From Guillardia theta CCMP2712 (taxonomy: Eukaryota > Protista > Cryptophyta), in assembly GCF_000315625.1 (NCBI RefSeq), contig NW_005434658.1, positions 149,839-213,838 of the forward strand: a DNA stretch of 64,000 bases, in the 5' to 3' direction. Below, piece by piece: positions 41,311 through 54,558 of the stretch. The notes under the pieces are model-generated. The model was not told the DNA's origin. It made no database searches and worked only from the letters and a program-made list of their open reading frames with translations. Both the position numbers and the translations under genes were made by a program. The first letter of the stretch is position 1. Every line of letters starts with the position of its first letter.

Positions 41311-43035
41311 CGGCAAGGGAGGCGTCTGGGCTAGTCAGGGGCCGCGAAGAGGGAGAGAGGAGGAAGGAGGGATGCAAGCTGATATCACCACAAGCTTGTG
41401 TGAGAGGGAGGAGAGGACAATAATCTCGTTGTGTTTTTAATCTTTGTATTTTTACATGAATTCTGAATGAAGCAATATCTGTTTTGAAAGTGAGTGACAT
41501 GTGTCGTGAGGAGACTTTGAACTTGATCAGCATCTCTCATTGAGATGCCAGCCAAGGTGGCTGAAGTGTTTTTGTCGTGAGGGGATACACAGATCTTCAT
41601 TTGACTCCAGTAAGATGCTTGTTTTATGAAAACAGAACAAGCAATGCTGATAGCTTTACTGGCGAGTAATCAACATTTCATCCATGCACTGGCACCTCAA
41701 AGGAGCCTGAAAGTCTCACTTTATTTTCCGATTTCAACGCTGTGATGTTGTAAGATTCCACAGTGACTGTCACCGGGTATGCTGACTGTATTTTCCGAGG
41801 AAGCTTCCACGACGCTCAGCTCAGCTGTCACTTAAGAGTCATATGCCGCAGTGCTGCAAGTCCGACAGTGATCGTCGTCAGATTATCAGACCACTGTCAA
41901 CCACAAAGAGCATGAGTCACGTCTAGCTGGTCTCACCGCCGGGGTCTCCGCATGTCCTCTGAGGCAGGCTTGTAGTTGAAAATGTCGACTAAGGAAATGC
42001 ACTCGGTCAAAGGGCTGTGAGGGTAGGGAGGGGACAGGGACGAGGAGAGGGTGGAGGAGGAGGAGGAGGAGGAGGAGGAGGAGGAGGAGGAGGAGGAGGA
42101 GGAGGAGGAGGAGGAGGAGGAGGAGGACGAAGACGAGTACGAAGACGAAGACGAGGAGGAGCAGTAGGACGAGGAGGAGGAGGAGTAGGACAGGGAGGAG
42201 GAGTAGGACGAGGGCGAGGAGGAGGAGATGATCTAAGTATGAACACTGGAGGAAACTGTAGCAGTCGAATATTTATCGCAGTGTGAGGAAGTGATATTGA
42301 CCTGAACCTGTCAGCGTTGGTTGGGTAGACAAGACAGAAGAAGCAAGGACGCATCTGACAGCACTCACGGAGTCTGATCTGAGAGAAGTTTCCACATGTA
42401 GGTTGGGAGATGCAGAGGTCAAAGTCAGTTGGCCTTATCCTCAACCTTTCGGCCTTCCGCCTCCTATGTAGCCTTGTCAATGCCAACGTAAGTGATTCCT
42501 ACCATCATCCCCCTGATCATGTGGACCCTCTCTTCCTCTCCTTCCTCCCCTCCCTCCCCTCCCCTCCTNNNNNNNNNNNNNNNNNNNNNNNNNNNNNNNN
42601 NNNNNNNNNNNNNNNNNNNNNNNNNNNNNNNNNNNNNNNNNNNNNNNNNNNNNNNNNNNNNNNNNNNNTATTTCTCTCCTGCTTCTGCCTCCCTTCCCAT
42701 TTGCTATCCTCTGGCCCTTCCCTCTCCTTTGCCTCATATTTTCCTCGCTCTTTCGTGAGCTCCCTTTCCCCGATCACGTCCTACTTATCTGTCATGTATG
42801 CACACTCCTTGCTCCAGTCGTCGCACTTCCTCCTCGAGCATCTTACTTGGCTGACCAACAGAGAGCACCAGCAGCGTGGAAGGGGCACACGTTCTTCGAC
42901 CCCAAGGAAGAGACTTTGAAGGAACCGACAGCTCTGTAACCGCTCGGCTACTTCTTGTGCGTCTTACGCTTACTCCCTTGTGAGGTCGCACATTCGACCA
43001 TCTTTTCTCGATCCTCAGCTTCAAGGTATCCACTT

Positions 43036-43113
<78 letters not shown>

Positions 43114-43177
43114 TTCCTGCTGCTCTTTCTTGTCCTGCTACTGCTACTCATGCTGATCGTCTCACTTTGCCATGCAG

Positions 43178-46100
43178 GAAGCTTTGCTAGGCACACGCTG
43201 TTGAACCGTCTGTCTGCAGTCGCGAACCGTCTGATCAAGGTTGTTCTCAACTTGGCTTGTGTTTCTCACTCCCTTCAGGACGGGGTCGTAGACGAGCCGG
43301 CAAGGAAGCGACTGGCGAGTCTCGCGGACGAGGTTCCAACCAAAGTTCCTCTGCGAGCTCCTTTGCACATAAGGCCGCACACCAACATATCCGAAGGCGA
43401 ATGCGGGCAGATTAACGAAGAGTGGAAGAGGTAGGAGGGTGGCGAGGATACGAGCTCTTGGATAATTCCTGCCTGGTTAAGATGGCTAGATCTTCAGTCC
43501 TCCATCCGAGACTGGTCTGAGGCCAGGCCACTCATTAGTACAGAGATGTACTTCCACCGCAGAGTGTTAGGTGCTCCTGCTCCTCCTGCTCCTCCTGCTC
43601 CACTCGTTGCCTTGCTTTTCTTTCTTGCATCCGCCTTCCTTTTCTAATTTCTCCTCCTGCTCCGTTCCTCCTCCTCCTACTGCTTGCTACGCACATAACT
43701 CCTGCAGACGAGGTCGGTTACTTCGACGAGGGCCCGACGTTATTCAGGGATCCGTTTGAGAGTCAGAAGGTTGAGAGCATCCGATCGGCTCTTGCTAGCT
43801 CCTCCTTCCTGCAGGTATCGCTTGGCGTCCCTCCTCCAGCGCTACCCCCGCCCCAACCCATCTCCTTCCATCCCTCTCTACCTTCCTCTCTTATTCTTTT
43901 CCTATCTCCCCACTCATCTCTTGCTGTTGTTCTCACCTTTCATGACCTCCCTCCATCCCCTCGTTGCCTCCTACTCGTACCCGCACCCTCTCCTCGCTTG
44001 CCACCCTCTTCTTCTCTCCAACTGAAACTCTCCTTCCTCCCAGACGGTGCAGCTGCTGCTGGATGCCGTCGGGTCTGTTAGTCGAGAGGTAGTGGACGGC
44101 TTGCACGTGCAACTGCCTGGTGACGGGGATGACGAACAAGGAGCTGATCTTGACGCGTCATTCGCACGACGAACTCGAGGTTCATTGCACGTGCCTTCCG
44201 CTGCCTCTTCCTCGTGCTCCTGGTCTTACACTTTTCTCGTCCTCTGACCTCGTGCTGCAGGAGAGGCTGCGCGAGTACCTCGGTTTATTCGTATGCTCCC
44301 CTGCCGTCCTTGCATGCGCTAGTGACTCGTTGTCAAGATGTTCTCTTCCTTGTGGGGCAACCAGGGCGACCTCGGTGGGCTCCTCCTCCTCCTTTTCATC
44401 CTTCTGCTCCTCCTCCTTCCTTTCCTGTGCTGCTGCTGCTCCTCCTCCTCCTGCCTTTCTCAGACCCCTTTGATGCGCAGCTCTTGCTCCTCTGGATGCG
44501 AAGAACGTCAACGCTGCTGAGACGATCACGTCGAACTGCTCTTCCTCCCAACTTGTCGTCAACCATCTAGAGGAGGCTGTCCGTCATATCTCAGGTAGTG
44601 GAGGTTCCACACGCCCAGGGCTGACGCGTTTTGCTCGTCCAGGGTTTGACAGCGACACGAACAGGATAGACTTTGTGCTTGACAACTCAGGGATCGAGCT
44701 CTTGTAAGATAACTTTCCTTCCTGACCCAACAACTCAACACAATGTTTGGTGTGATCTTCCCTCGCAGCTGTGACCTCGTCCTCACGGAGTTCCTCCTTT
44801 CCTACGGGTTTGCAAACAAGGTTGAGATTGCCTCGAATCGTGTGCACTTACCAACCAGCCCCGTCCTCTCCTTCCCCTCCTTTCTAGGTTCGTCTCCACA
44901 CCAAAGGAGAGCCTCTTTTTGTCTCGGACGCTATGACCAAAGACGTCCGTCCCTCTCGCTTCATCCGCTTCCTCCTCTCATAGCCTGCAGGTCGACATGC
45001 ACATCACGTCGTTGGAAAATCATGACAACGCGCTGCTGAAGGTGAAATGTTGTACCGCCTCCTTCCCTTCGTCCCTCCCTCCCTCTCTTCGTCCCTCCCT
45101 CCCTTCGTCTCTCCCTTTCTCCCTTCGTCCGTCCCTCCCTTCCTCCCTCTCTTTCTCCCTCCCTCCCTCCCTCGCTCGCTCGCTCCCTCCCTCCCTCCCT
45201 TCCTCCCCCCTACGTCCCTCCTCCCCTCCCCTCCCCTTCCTCCCTTTTCCCCTTCCCTTTCCCTCCCCTTTCCTCCCTCCCTCCCCCTCTCCCTTCCATC
45301 CATCTCCTGCTCGCACTCCCCTCCTGTATCAATGATCGTTCTTCTGTTGTGTCTGCCTCTGTCTCAAGCTTTCTCTCTTTCCTCACGTATCGTTCATTGT
45401 TTCCTTTGCTTGTCGCTGCCTCCACCTGACTTTCTGCCTTAACGTCGCCCCGCATGATACAGAAGCTTGGCTTGAACCTGCGAAGGCACGTCAACGAGGG
45501 CCTCATCGAAATTCAGAGGTGAGGGAGAAGAGGGGGCGGAGGGGAGCTGAGATTCTGTTTTCCTTGACCCTACAGTCACATGTTCTGGACTTCCCCCCGC
45601 CTCTTCTGGGAGATGCCCTCTTCCCTCGCGCAGCAGCTCCGGTCCTCCTCTCTCGTCATCGTCAAAGGAGACGCAAACTACAGGCGCCTGGTCTGTCTCT
45701 GCTCCTTCTATCCTCACGCTGCTCACTCTTCCTCCTCCTCAGATCGGCGACCGTCAGTGGCCATGCGAGACGTCGCTGCAGGTATGTGCTGTCGAGTTCG
45801 GGGGAGATGGATGAAGGGCGTTCAGGACATCGTCAAAGAATGGTTCCCCTCGGCCCTGCTCATGCTGAGGACCATGAAGTGCGAGATCGCGGTTGGAATC
45901 AACAAAGGTAAACGATTTCGGGTGTTATCTCCCTTCCCCCATCCCTCAAACCCTCTCCTTGTCTTTCTCTCCTACTGTACCCCTGCCTCCCTGCCTCCCT
46001 GCCTCCCTGCCTCCCTGCCTCCCTGCCTCCCTCCCTGCCTCCCTCCTTGTGTGCATTGCTCAACCGTTCACTCTTCCACCGTACCAGTCATCGCTGACTT

Positions 46101-46210
46101 ATTGTGCAGAAAAGGAGGAGCGACTCTTTCGACAAGACCCCAGCTGGCAGGTGACCGGCAAGTACGGGTCCATTCAGTTTGTTCGAGGCGGTCAACTTAA
46201 GACAACATAA
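43178..46210 (+). CDS. ARMT1: Damage-control phosphatase, ARMT1/DUF89 family; additional unresolved 5' exons likely from ~41.8 kb
   Basis: SFARHTLLNRL, EMYFHRR, SLWGNQGDL, VLDNSGIEL|CDL, LFVSDAM, FWTSP, VIVKGDANYRRL, LRTMKCE, W..TGKYGSIQF. Confidence 0.9.
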
Positions 46211-46559
46211 CCCTCCCGGCCGCGACGGTCCAGCTGCGCTCTTTTGAACTAAGTTAGGCAAGCAGCTGAGCTGTTTCTTACTTAGTCAGTTTACCAGTCT
46301 AGGAGGCGAAGCCTGACTGGCGGCGTTGGGTGGGCGGGCCCAGCAGTGAGTGCCCAGCTGACAGTGCCCTCCCGGAGTCCAGACAAGCCTTTGGCGGCCT
46401 GAAACCGTTCCGTGCCCATGCGCGGCCAGACTGAACTTTCAAGTTTGGGGGCCTAAAACCATGACAGACTTTAGCGGCTTGAGTGTCGGCCCGGACTTCA
46501 TTACTGGCACTTTGTTACTCAAGACTTATTTGTAAATGGCAAGAGTTTATCACTGCAAA

Positions 46560-48123
46560 GGTGAATGCCCTCAACGCTGAGCCGACCTAGCTGGAACCGT
46601 TTAATTTCCATTGCGTTGGGTCTCACGTAGCTCTTGAAGACCACCCACGTTCCCACCCTCCAATACTTCTTACGTGGAATCTCCCCGGCCTTGACAGCTG
46701 CCCAGTGCAAGTGCTTTGACGTCGCGAATCTCCGTCTTCTTGCGAAGGTTTCAGTGGCCTCAGCAACAGGCACCGTTGAGTGCATGTCATCCGACCTGCA
46801 ACCTGCCCCTGACACCCCTCCATCTGACCTTCAGTTCGCCTACTTCAAACGTCAGTTGCCTTATAGTGCTGGAGGAGATGGGTTCACCCCGCAGGAGGGC
46901 GTGGCCTACACCGCATTCTGGTCTGCGACTGCCAAGTTTCTCAAATGGGCGGGAGACATTGCCATCTTCCAGCATTGGATGTTACCTACACCGCCACTCT
47001 TCCACCGGATCAATTCTGAGACCGAACTTCGAATCCGCCAACCGCAGCAAGCGGACGCTGGGAATGTTGTCCCCATGCTGGCTGCCTTCTTGGACACTCA
47101 CAGGCACTTGATGGAGCAGGGAATCTCGGCGTACACCTCCTTGGCGGAGCTTCCTCAGGCGTGCGACAATGACTGGATCCCCTAGCCTGAATTATTTGGG
47201 ACGTCTTGTAGTGTGCTTTTCATCCCCGCCCAGCGGGAGCTCACGGCTCAGTTCCTCTCGGAGTTTCCTCATTCTGCAGTATTCGAGCTTACCTTTCTGA
47301 GCGCCAGCGATCTTTGTTGGCACACCACTCCAGCTTCTCTACTCCCCTTCGAGTACCAGGTCACCCGGTGGATGAACTTCTGTCTCAGTTTACCCCTCAG
47401 CGCAGGATCTGGCACTCAATTATCCAAGGTACAAACCTTGGGATCTTTGAGCAGCAGCCCATCAGCTTGGTGGCTGCCGCTGACAAGTTTCTTCATGCAT
47501 TGCCGGTTGACCTCCCGCCGCACTGCGATAAATGCCAACATCTTCTCCGTCATCCTGGGGGGACCACACACATGGCAACCTGCAGGCACCGCAGCCCGTT
47601 ATGGACTGATGCGCATGAGAAGTGCAATGCCAGGCAGAATGTTTTCCAACATGACCCTGGAGATCATCACGTAGGGATTTTTGAACTTCCGAAATTGCAG
47701 GCTACTGGAGGCCGATGGCATGGGTTAATCCTGGACTTCAGCATGTCAGATGTATTCGACAATGATGGGATACCGGACCAGGCTCGGAGCAAACTGCAAG
47801 CAGAAGCACAGTGGAAGATCCGAGGGCATAGCAATGCATATGATCAGCACGTCCCGCCAAAGGCCTTTCTTCCCATCATCGCCAGCACTGATGGACTCTT
47901 GAAGGATGATGCGTTGCGCTTTCTGTGGTGGCTGGCGGATCGCTCGGCGAACAAAGAAACGTTAGCGCTGGATGGTCTCTCGGCCTTGCAAGACGTCTCA
48001 GGTGATCCGGCTTGCAAACGCATCCGGTCCAGGATCTTTCGTCAGCTCAAGGCCTCCCTGTCCTTGGGGCAGCCATTTCATTATACTGCCTTCGGCAACG
48101 GTCACAATATCTGGTGCGGGTGA
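46560..48123 (+). mobile_element. 5'-truncated, decayed non-LTR retrotransposon with restriction-like endonuclease (CRE-like)
   Basis: RT-thumb-like LQYFLRGISP..FD..LPYSAGGDGF, then QRELT, CCHC knuckle CDKC-x11-H-x3-C, ILDFS, K..HSNAY, FLPIIASTDG..ALRFL. In-frame stop at 47183 and a frameshift at ~47400-47510. Confidence 0.75.
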
Positions 48124-49447
48124 AGTTTTACTTATCTTTGAGTAATAAACTTTGACCTGACGGGGAAAAAGGACATCCTTTGGGAATGTTGCGGGCAAGT
48201 TTCCAAGACGCAACGTTTCGTTCGAAAAGCTATTATTGCATCGATTCGCATTGTTGCCCCAGTTCCTCCCGATCGAACGCCTCCTCTTTTAATGTCATAC
48301 TTCCAAGATAGCAACCTTTCATATTGTTGCTCCTGCGCGGCGCTCCGGCCGGCAGGAATCAATGATAAGAAATAGCAACGTTTCGTATTGTTGCGTTCTG
48401 GAGCGTTGGTAGGACGTGACACAAATCTTTTGTTATAAAAAAAAAGATAAAAGTGGCATGACAACACCAGCAACAATTCGAACAATGCTTTCTTTGTTCC
48501 CAATTCGAAGCCGGAAACGATGCAAAACTTCATCGTTTCAAATTGTTGCGTTGCCTTGCATGCAACTCGTCGTGACAAAAGTCGAATCACATCGATTCAA
48601 AATCAAATCGATTCGGATTGTTGCGGTGCAGAGTCGTGCCAGGAGCAACATGGACCGAAGCGATGTACTTTGACTTTATGAAATACCTCGTTATCATAAT
48701 GGGGGCCGTGAGGATAATGGAGCCATGATCGTTTTGCCGTGGCACGCCAACACCCGCAACTATACGAACTGATGCCTTTTTCACTCTTCTAGGAATCAAG
48801 ATTTTAAGTTGAATTCGATTTCACTGGGCCCGGGCTCCGACTCGGACGATGGCGTGACCGGCCTTTGAGTAAAGACCGGCTGACGGCTGAGTGTTGAACG
48901 GCCGGGCCCGGCGCGCCCGGCGCTGGCCTTCCGAGACCGCCGGGCGGTGTCACGGTCACGATGGCAGGGCTGCCGCCTGAGTGGAGATGAGGGCGTGTAC
49001 CGTAAGGGCCGGACCGTCACCACCGCGGCAGCGCCGCGCGGGCGGCGCGGCGGCAGACAGTGCCAGTGACTCGAATGAATGACTAATGACAGCCTAGTGA
49101 GCGCCGCCGCGATGCCATGATTGCCAGCTGTTGGCCGGGCGGGCCCGCCCCTCATAGGCCGCGGCGCCGCGCCGATCACTGCCAGTGACGGAGTCGCCGA
49201 CGGTGGCCGCAGCCGCGGCCGGGGGCCGCCGCCGAGTCAGTCGGGGCTCGTGACTTCAAGTTGTAAGTTCCAGTAAAATTTATTTACAAGACTCTCTAGA
49301 AGGAAAGTCATCGAAGTCAGAAGCCTACTATTGAGACGAACCATCCTGAGGCTCCGAACAATTGATTCAGTGACCGAGCGGAATTAAAAGCCTGACGCCC
49401 ATCTCTGGCATCCGACCTACACAACCTCCCACTGTGGCAACCATCAT

Positions 49448-50399
49448 TCACTTGTTCGAAATCATCTTCAAGTCAAGCCGCCATTTGTACAATCGAAAAG
49501 ATGATACCGAAGTATCTGTACTTTCTTGGACTGTCGCCCCATTCTGCAAAATCTCAATCTGAAATTTGTACTTCCCCCCCCAGCTGTTGAGTGACATCAG
49601 GGGTACCGTTCCTGTTGCCGTTGAAGATCCGTAATATAAATAATGATCTTGATCATACTGATCGTTGACTGCTTGCAACTGGTCCAGATCAACATGGTTC
49701 CATGCACTCGATGACACTGTCCTTGAGCAAGACTCCTTTTCATAATGCTCACAGAAACAATGTCCCGAGCACGCCGTGTCGTTTAAACACAAATCTACTG
49801 TCGTATTACAAGAGTCCAGACTGTCACAGACGTCACAGCAGTCCATGTCTTCACTCAATCTCTGCCGTCTGTCATACACGTTTTCATCATAAATCTTAGT
49901 CTGGTCATTCAAGTAACGATCCAAAATTTCACGAGAAAGAGGTTCTCCTTCGATCATCAACAAATTGTTTGCTTTGAGTGGAGATCTTCTTCTTCGCAGC
50001 CATTCAAGTCCATACCAAGACGATTTTTCAAGTTCAAATTCAGACTCGCTATTGAGATGGTCGTCACCAGTCAGATCACCATCGTCGTGAATCCATACAC
50101 TGGATGACTTCTGGAAGTCTTCTGTAGACTTATTATGCAGGAGATATCCTATGGAAGAATTGACGTAGGACAAAGCATTCAAGGGAAACATCGCCGGTTC
50201 AATGAACTTGTACCACAGCCCTCGAAGGGAAGAAGCTAAGTGGCTCAGTTAGCTGCGTCAACCAACGATAGACTAAGTTTCCACTGTACAGAGGCGTTCA
50301 AGGCGAGTCTGTAACTGTCGTTCCGGGTAGCACAAGCTCACAAACTCCGTGGATGCTCTCTGCTCTCTGAAGCTCCTTGTTCTTGCCGCAGTAATCCAT
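49448..50399 (-). CDS. Hypothetical protein (247-aa last exon; putative upstream exon MDYCGKNKEL..)
   Basis: Long complex ORF 49448-50191, open further upstream; promoter-like C-rich tract 5' of it. Confidence 0.5.
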
Positions 50400-51644
50400 G
50401 AGCGCGCTCGCAAGCCTTTGTCCCACTCCCTCCACACCTGCCTAATTCCACCCCCCACCCCTACCCCCTCAATCGAGTCTCCTGAGATCCCATGTAGCAA
50501 TACTACCCCCACCCAACGGCCCATTCCAATCTCAACCCTACCCCAAGTCGACCCACCCACAATCTGGCTCTATTTATATGGACTAGTTTAGAAAATAAGA
50601 CCAAAATCTTTGATCAAATTTGAAGATACGATAATTCAATCTCGGAAACATACGAATATTTATAACCCCCCCCACAATGCTCACAACCACACCCACCCCT
50701 GCAATAACAGCTAGCAAGAGCGTATTTTTTAGACCCCCTTGACCCTGTGCTCATGCAAGCTTTTCGCCCACCCACCAAGTCAAAATTGACCACTGTAAGG
50801 TCAATTGAATAGCCACCCATTAGATTTACAGGGGTTCTTTTCAGGTCATGGTTCACACCTCGGCCTACAAAATACAGTACCCCACCCTACCCACACCAAA
50901 CGACATTATCTCTACGTCTCCAATCCACCCTCTCCTTTGATACCCCCGATTACCCCTGTGATTGCACCCTTCCTTTCCCCTTTTAGTGGCCTCCAAAACC
51001 AACCTAACTTGTAGCCGACCCCCATTCAAAAATTGAACAACCCTACCCCACCGAGGAAAATCTCCAATTATTACTACCCTACCCCAAGTGAGACGCAGAT
51101 GGGGTGCTTCAAAGCCTACCTCGAAGGAGCCAATGGCTCAACCTTGAAAAGACCCACCCTATATAGGTTGCTTGATTATTGATTGCCGCACTAAGATAAA
51201 TGAAGTATCATAAGCACTGTAACCCTATACACAAAGCAAAAATACTCGTCAAATTTTCAGACAATGAGCCAGACGTGTAAAACTATTTTTAAGGTGGGTA
51301 AATGCTCCTCAAAACTATCTTTTTGGATCATTTTAAAACCCTTCAAACTTGTTTTCAGGTGTTTAATTTGTTATTTAAAACGAAACGCTGGGGTGATGGA
51401 AATCTCATATAGAGAGATCACTACCGTCCCCTGGTTGCAACAATTATTATAAGCCATTTCCAATTTGTGCGTGATTTTTTTTGAATTTCGACCATCGGCC
51501 CGTTCACTACTGATCCTCCGGGCCGCCGGGTCGGGCCCCGGCACCGTCGTGACGGATCGGACGGTCACTGACCGTGTCCCCACCACCAGTGTCAGCATGC
51601 TTTGGGGACAGCTCAGGCTTGCAAGGCTGTGGAGGGAGATCAGA

Positions 51645-52066
51645 ATGAGATGATGATGATGATGATGATGATGATTAAGATGATGATGATTGAGATGATG
51701 ATTGAGATGATGATGATTGAGATGATGATGATTGAGATGATGATGATTGAGATGATGATTGAGATGATGATTGAGATGATGATGATTGAGATGATGATGA
51801 AGGAGAAGGAAAACAAGAAGAAGATGGAAATGACAATGTTGGTAATAATGAGCAAAATGACGATGACTGTGATGATTATATACATGAATGGATTTAACGA
51901 CGAAGGATATCTTGATATTGATGAAGGAGATCATGGAAGGGATGATGATGGTGAAGGAAGAGATGATGATGTTGTTGATGATGAAGGAGATGATGGAGGT
52001 AATGAAGAAGAAAAAGAAGATGATGAAGATGAAGTTGGAGATGATGATGATGATGCAAGTGATGAT
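51645..52066. repeat. (GAT)n / (GAGATGATGATT)n low-complexity array
   Basis: Read directly. Confidence 0.95.
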
Positions 52067-52436
52067 AGTCATATCCTGGTGGTGTTTTCGCGGCAGCGCG
52101 CCAACTTTCGCTCTGCGTCGCTGTTCAGTATGGACGGACGGTTTTGTTGATAGTGTTCATGTACTGGGCATCATCCATTCTCTTGGTCAGCATTTGTCTC
52201 GAGGTGTATCGAATGATCTAGATCATTACATTCTCCGTCGAACGATGCAATCTTTGATCCAACAGGAAGCTTCACATATATTTGTTGCCTGAGCTACAAT
52301 GATCGTCATGGTGACTGCTGCCATGGATCTAACCCATGACCTCATGAGCCGTCAATCATCTGTAGCCGCTAGAGCTACTACAAGCCCTCCACTCTTTCAG
52401 CGCACATCAACGTCAAAGATCGCAGTCCCTCATCCT

Positions 52437-54558
52437 TTATGTTGTCGCCTCATCGCCTCCCTCCAGTTGCTCTTCCCTCTGAGACCTTGCCTTATCTACG
52501 ATCTGGATCCTGATCTCCGCTCCCTTTAGCCATGCCACGTCCCCCTTGGACAAGAACATCGCGTGCTGAGTAACGTTTTCCACTTGCTGCTTCTCCATCT
52601 CACTTGCTGTCTTCTCGTTCGTGAAAACCTGAGCTCGTCTCCAACATGCTTTCCCCTCAAGCTCTGAGGGTAGAACAAACACAAAGCATACCCTCTCAAA
52701 CTTGTTCTTGGCTCGTAGAGCTGTCAATATCTTACATAGTGGTCCAAGCTTGATAGGATGTTCTTCTGCCCGTGTCATCTGGAACATGTAGAGGACCTCC
52801 TGATCTGACAATAAAAGCGCATCCATGCAAGGGAAGTTCAATGTCTTGGGCTTGCAATATGTGTTCTTCATGATCTTCCACTCGTTGAGTCCTGTGGTAG
52901 GAAACTCAAAGTATGCCTGCGACTTCTTCATATGCAAATCTATCTCTTCCCTTGCCCCTTCATCATCCTCACCCGACCCTAGACTGCGCAATCTATATCT
53001 GTTTCCTCCTTTCTTCAGCACCTCATGCGCAAAGCATTCAAAAACCAGGCCTGCCGCCGTATACAACCCAGAATCAGAGCCTGAGAAAGCCAGGTTTACA
53101 AGTCCATCCCAGTCTGTTTTGACAAGTTGCTCAAAGATCTTCTCCGCGGCCTTCTGCGAGCATGCTCGAGCACTGATAGTCTTGTAGTCTGAGCTTGGGA
53201 CCAGGTGAATCAGTCTCGATGGCAATCCCAGGTCTTCGTTCACTGCTGCTCTCATCTTTTCCTGTAGCGAGGAAATTGAGGTTATCGTCTGTATCGCCTG
53301 CTCAAGTGTGTCTACAGGCCTCACTATGACATTTCTTGGTACGTTCCCCCAATCCTTGACGATGTTCCTTGCTTCTTCTTCGTTAACGCGATCCTCTTGC
53401 ATCTCGATGAAGATTGACATCTCCTCATCAGTCCATGTTGGCAGAAAATATCGCCCAGCTCCATTGTTCAGAATGTCCTTGAACCCTCCAAGCTTGGGTG
53501 AAGACAGTATGATTGTCTTTACCGAACGTGACAACACGTAGTTCCCCTGACCTTTGTACAGGTCACAGATGTACCACCCCCGGAAAGTGGAGAGGAAAGT
53601 TGCAGAAACGGCGGCATCTCTAAACCGACTCCATTCTGTCCCATCAAAGTACCAGTACTCGGTTCCTACCTGATAGACTACTTCCGCATCAGAACCAAGA
53701 AGCTGAAGAAGAAAGAAGTAGGCAAAGCATGACTTCCCTATCCCTGGACTCCCTGTGAGGATGATCTGGCCATTCTTCGGTTTCTCCGTGTCCAAGCGGA
53801 AGTACTCTGCAATCACCTGCTTCATATCCAAGTAGCAATCTCGGAGGAAAAGCTTTTTTCCAAAAATCTCATTCCCTCCCAAGAAGGTCGAAAAGCTGAC
53901 AATCTCTTGAGCTGAGTAAGTCTTGCCTGCCCTCGCAAGCTTACAAAGCTCGTTCAAGAAGGACAGGAACATGTCGCCTATCAGTCCCGTCAGTACCTTC
54001 AGTCGTCAAGGTTGTGCACTGCTAGCATCACCTTCAGGTTTTGACAGAAAGTCTTCGGGCTTCTTTGAATCTTGAGTCCTCTTCGCCTCGATCAGGAAGA
54101 GATCGCGAAGCTGCTCCTTTTCCTTTCTAAGCCGATCCTCTTTCTTTCTGAGCTGCTCCTCTTTCTTGCACCAGTATTGCCGCTGCTGCTTATTCATGTC
54201 TGGATCGAGCGCATTTTTCTCCGCCTCTCTGATCTGTTTTTCGACCTTAACTATCTCCTTCTCCACCTTAGCAATCTGCGCCTCTAGAGAGATCATTTCC
54301 TCACGATCTTCTTCTTCGAACCTCTTCTTCAGGGGAGCTTGGTTGGTGTTTCTTCTCTTCCTTTCCGGCTCACCTGCAACATTTCAGGCCGATCCTCGCA
54401 GGATTCACTTAGAAAATCCGACATTTTGGCTCAAAACATGCAGAAATAGCGAGAAAAACATGAAAAAACGACCTCAACTCACCAGCAGCCTCGGTATTTG
54501 TTGAAAAGTTGCTCGAACTTGACTTCTTACTGTTCCTTGTGTTCATTTCACCTGACAT
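52437..54558 (-). CDS. Crinkler/RHS-type protein: coiled-coil header, P-loop NTPase and restriction-endonuclease-fold domain
   Basis: Header with YWCKKEEQLRKKEDRLRKEKEQLR; LFLRDCY, Walker A ILTGSPGIGKS, LSSP, LPTWTDEEM, GNVPR, GLVFECFAH; REase-like KPKTLNFPCMDA..FQMTRAEEHPIK. The 54-nt intron 53978-54031 joins in frame. Confidence 0.85.

Larger units (their letters stand above)
40265..41342. repeat. Inverted repeat, 282 bp arms (40265-40546 / 41061-41342)
   Basis: One mismatch seen on visual alignment. Confidence 0.95.
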
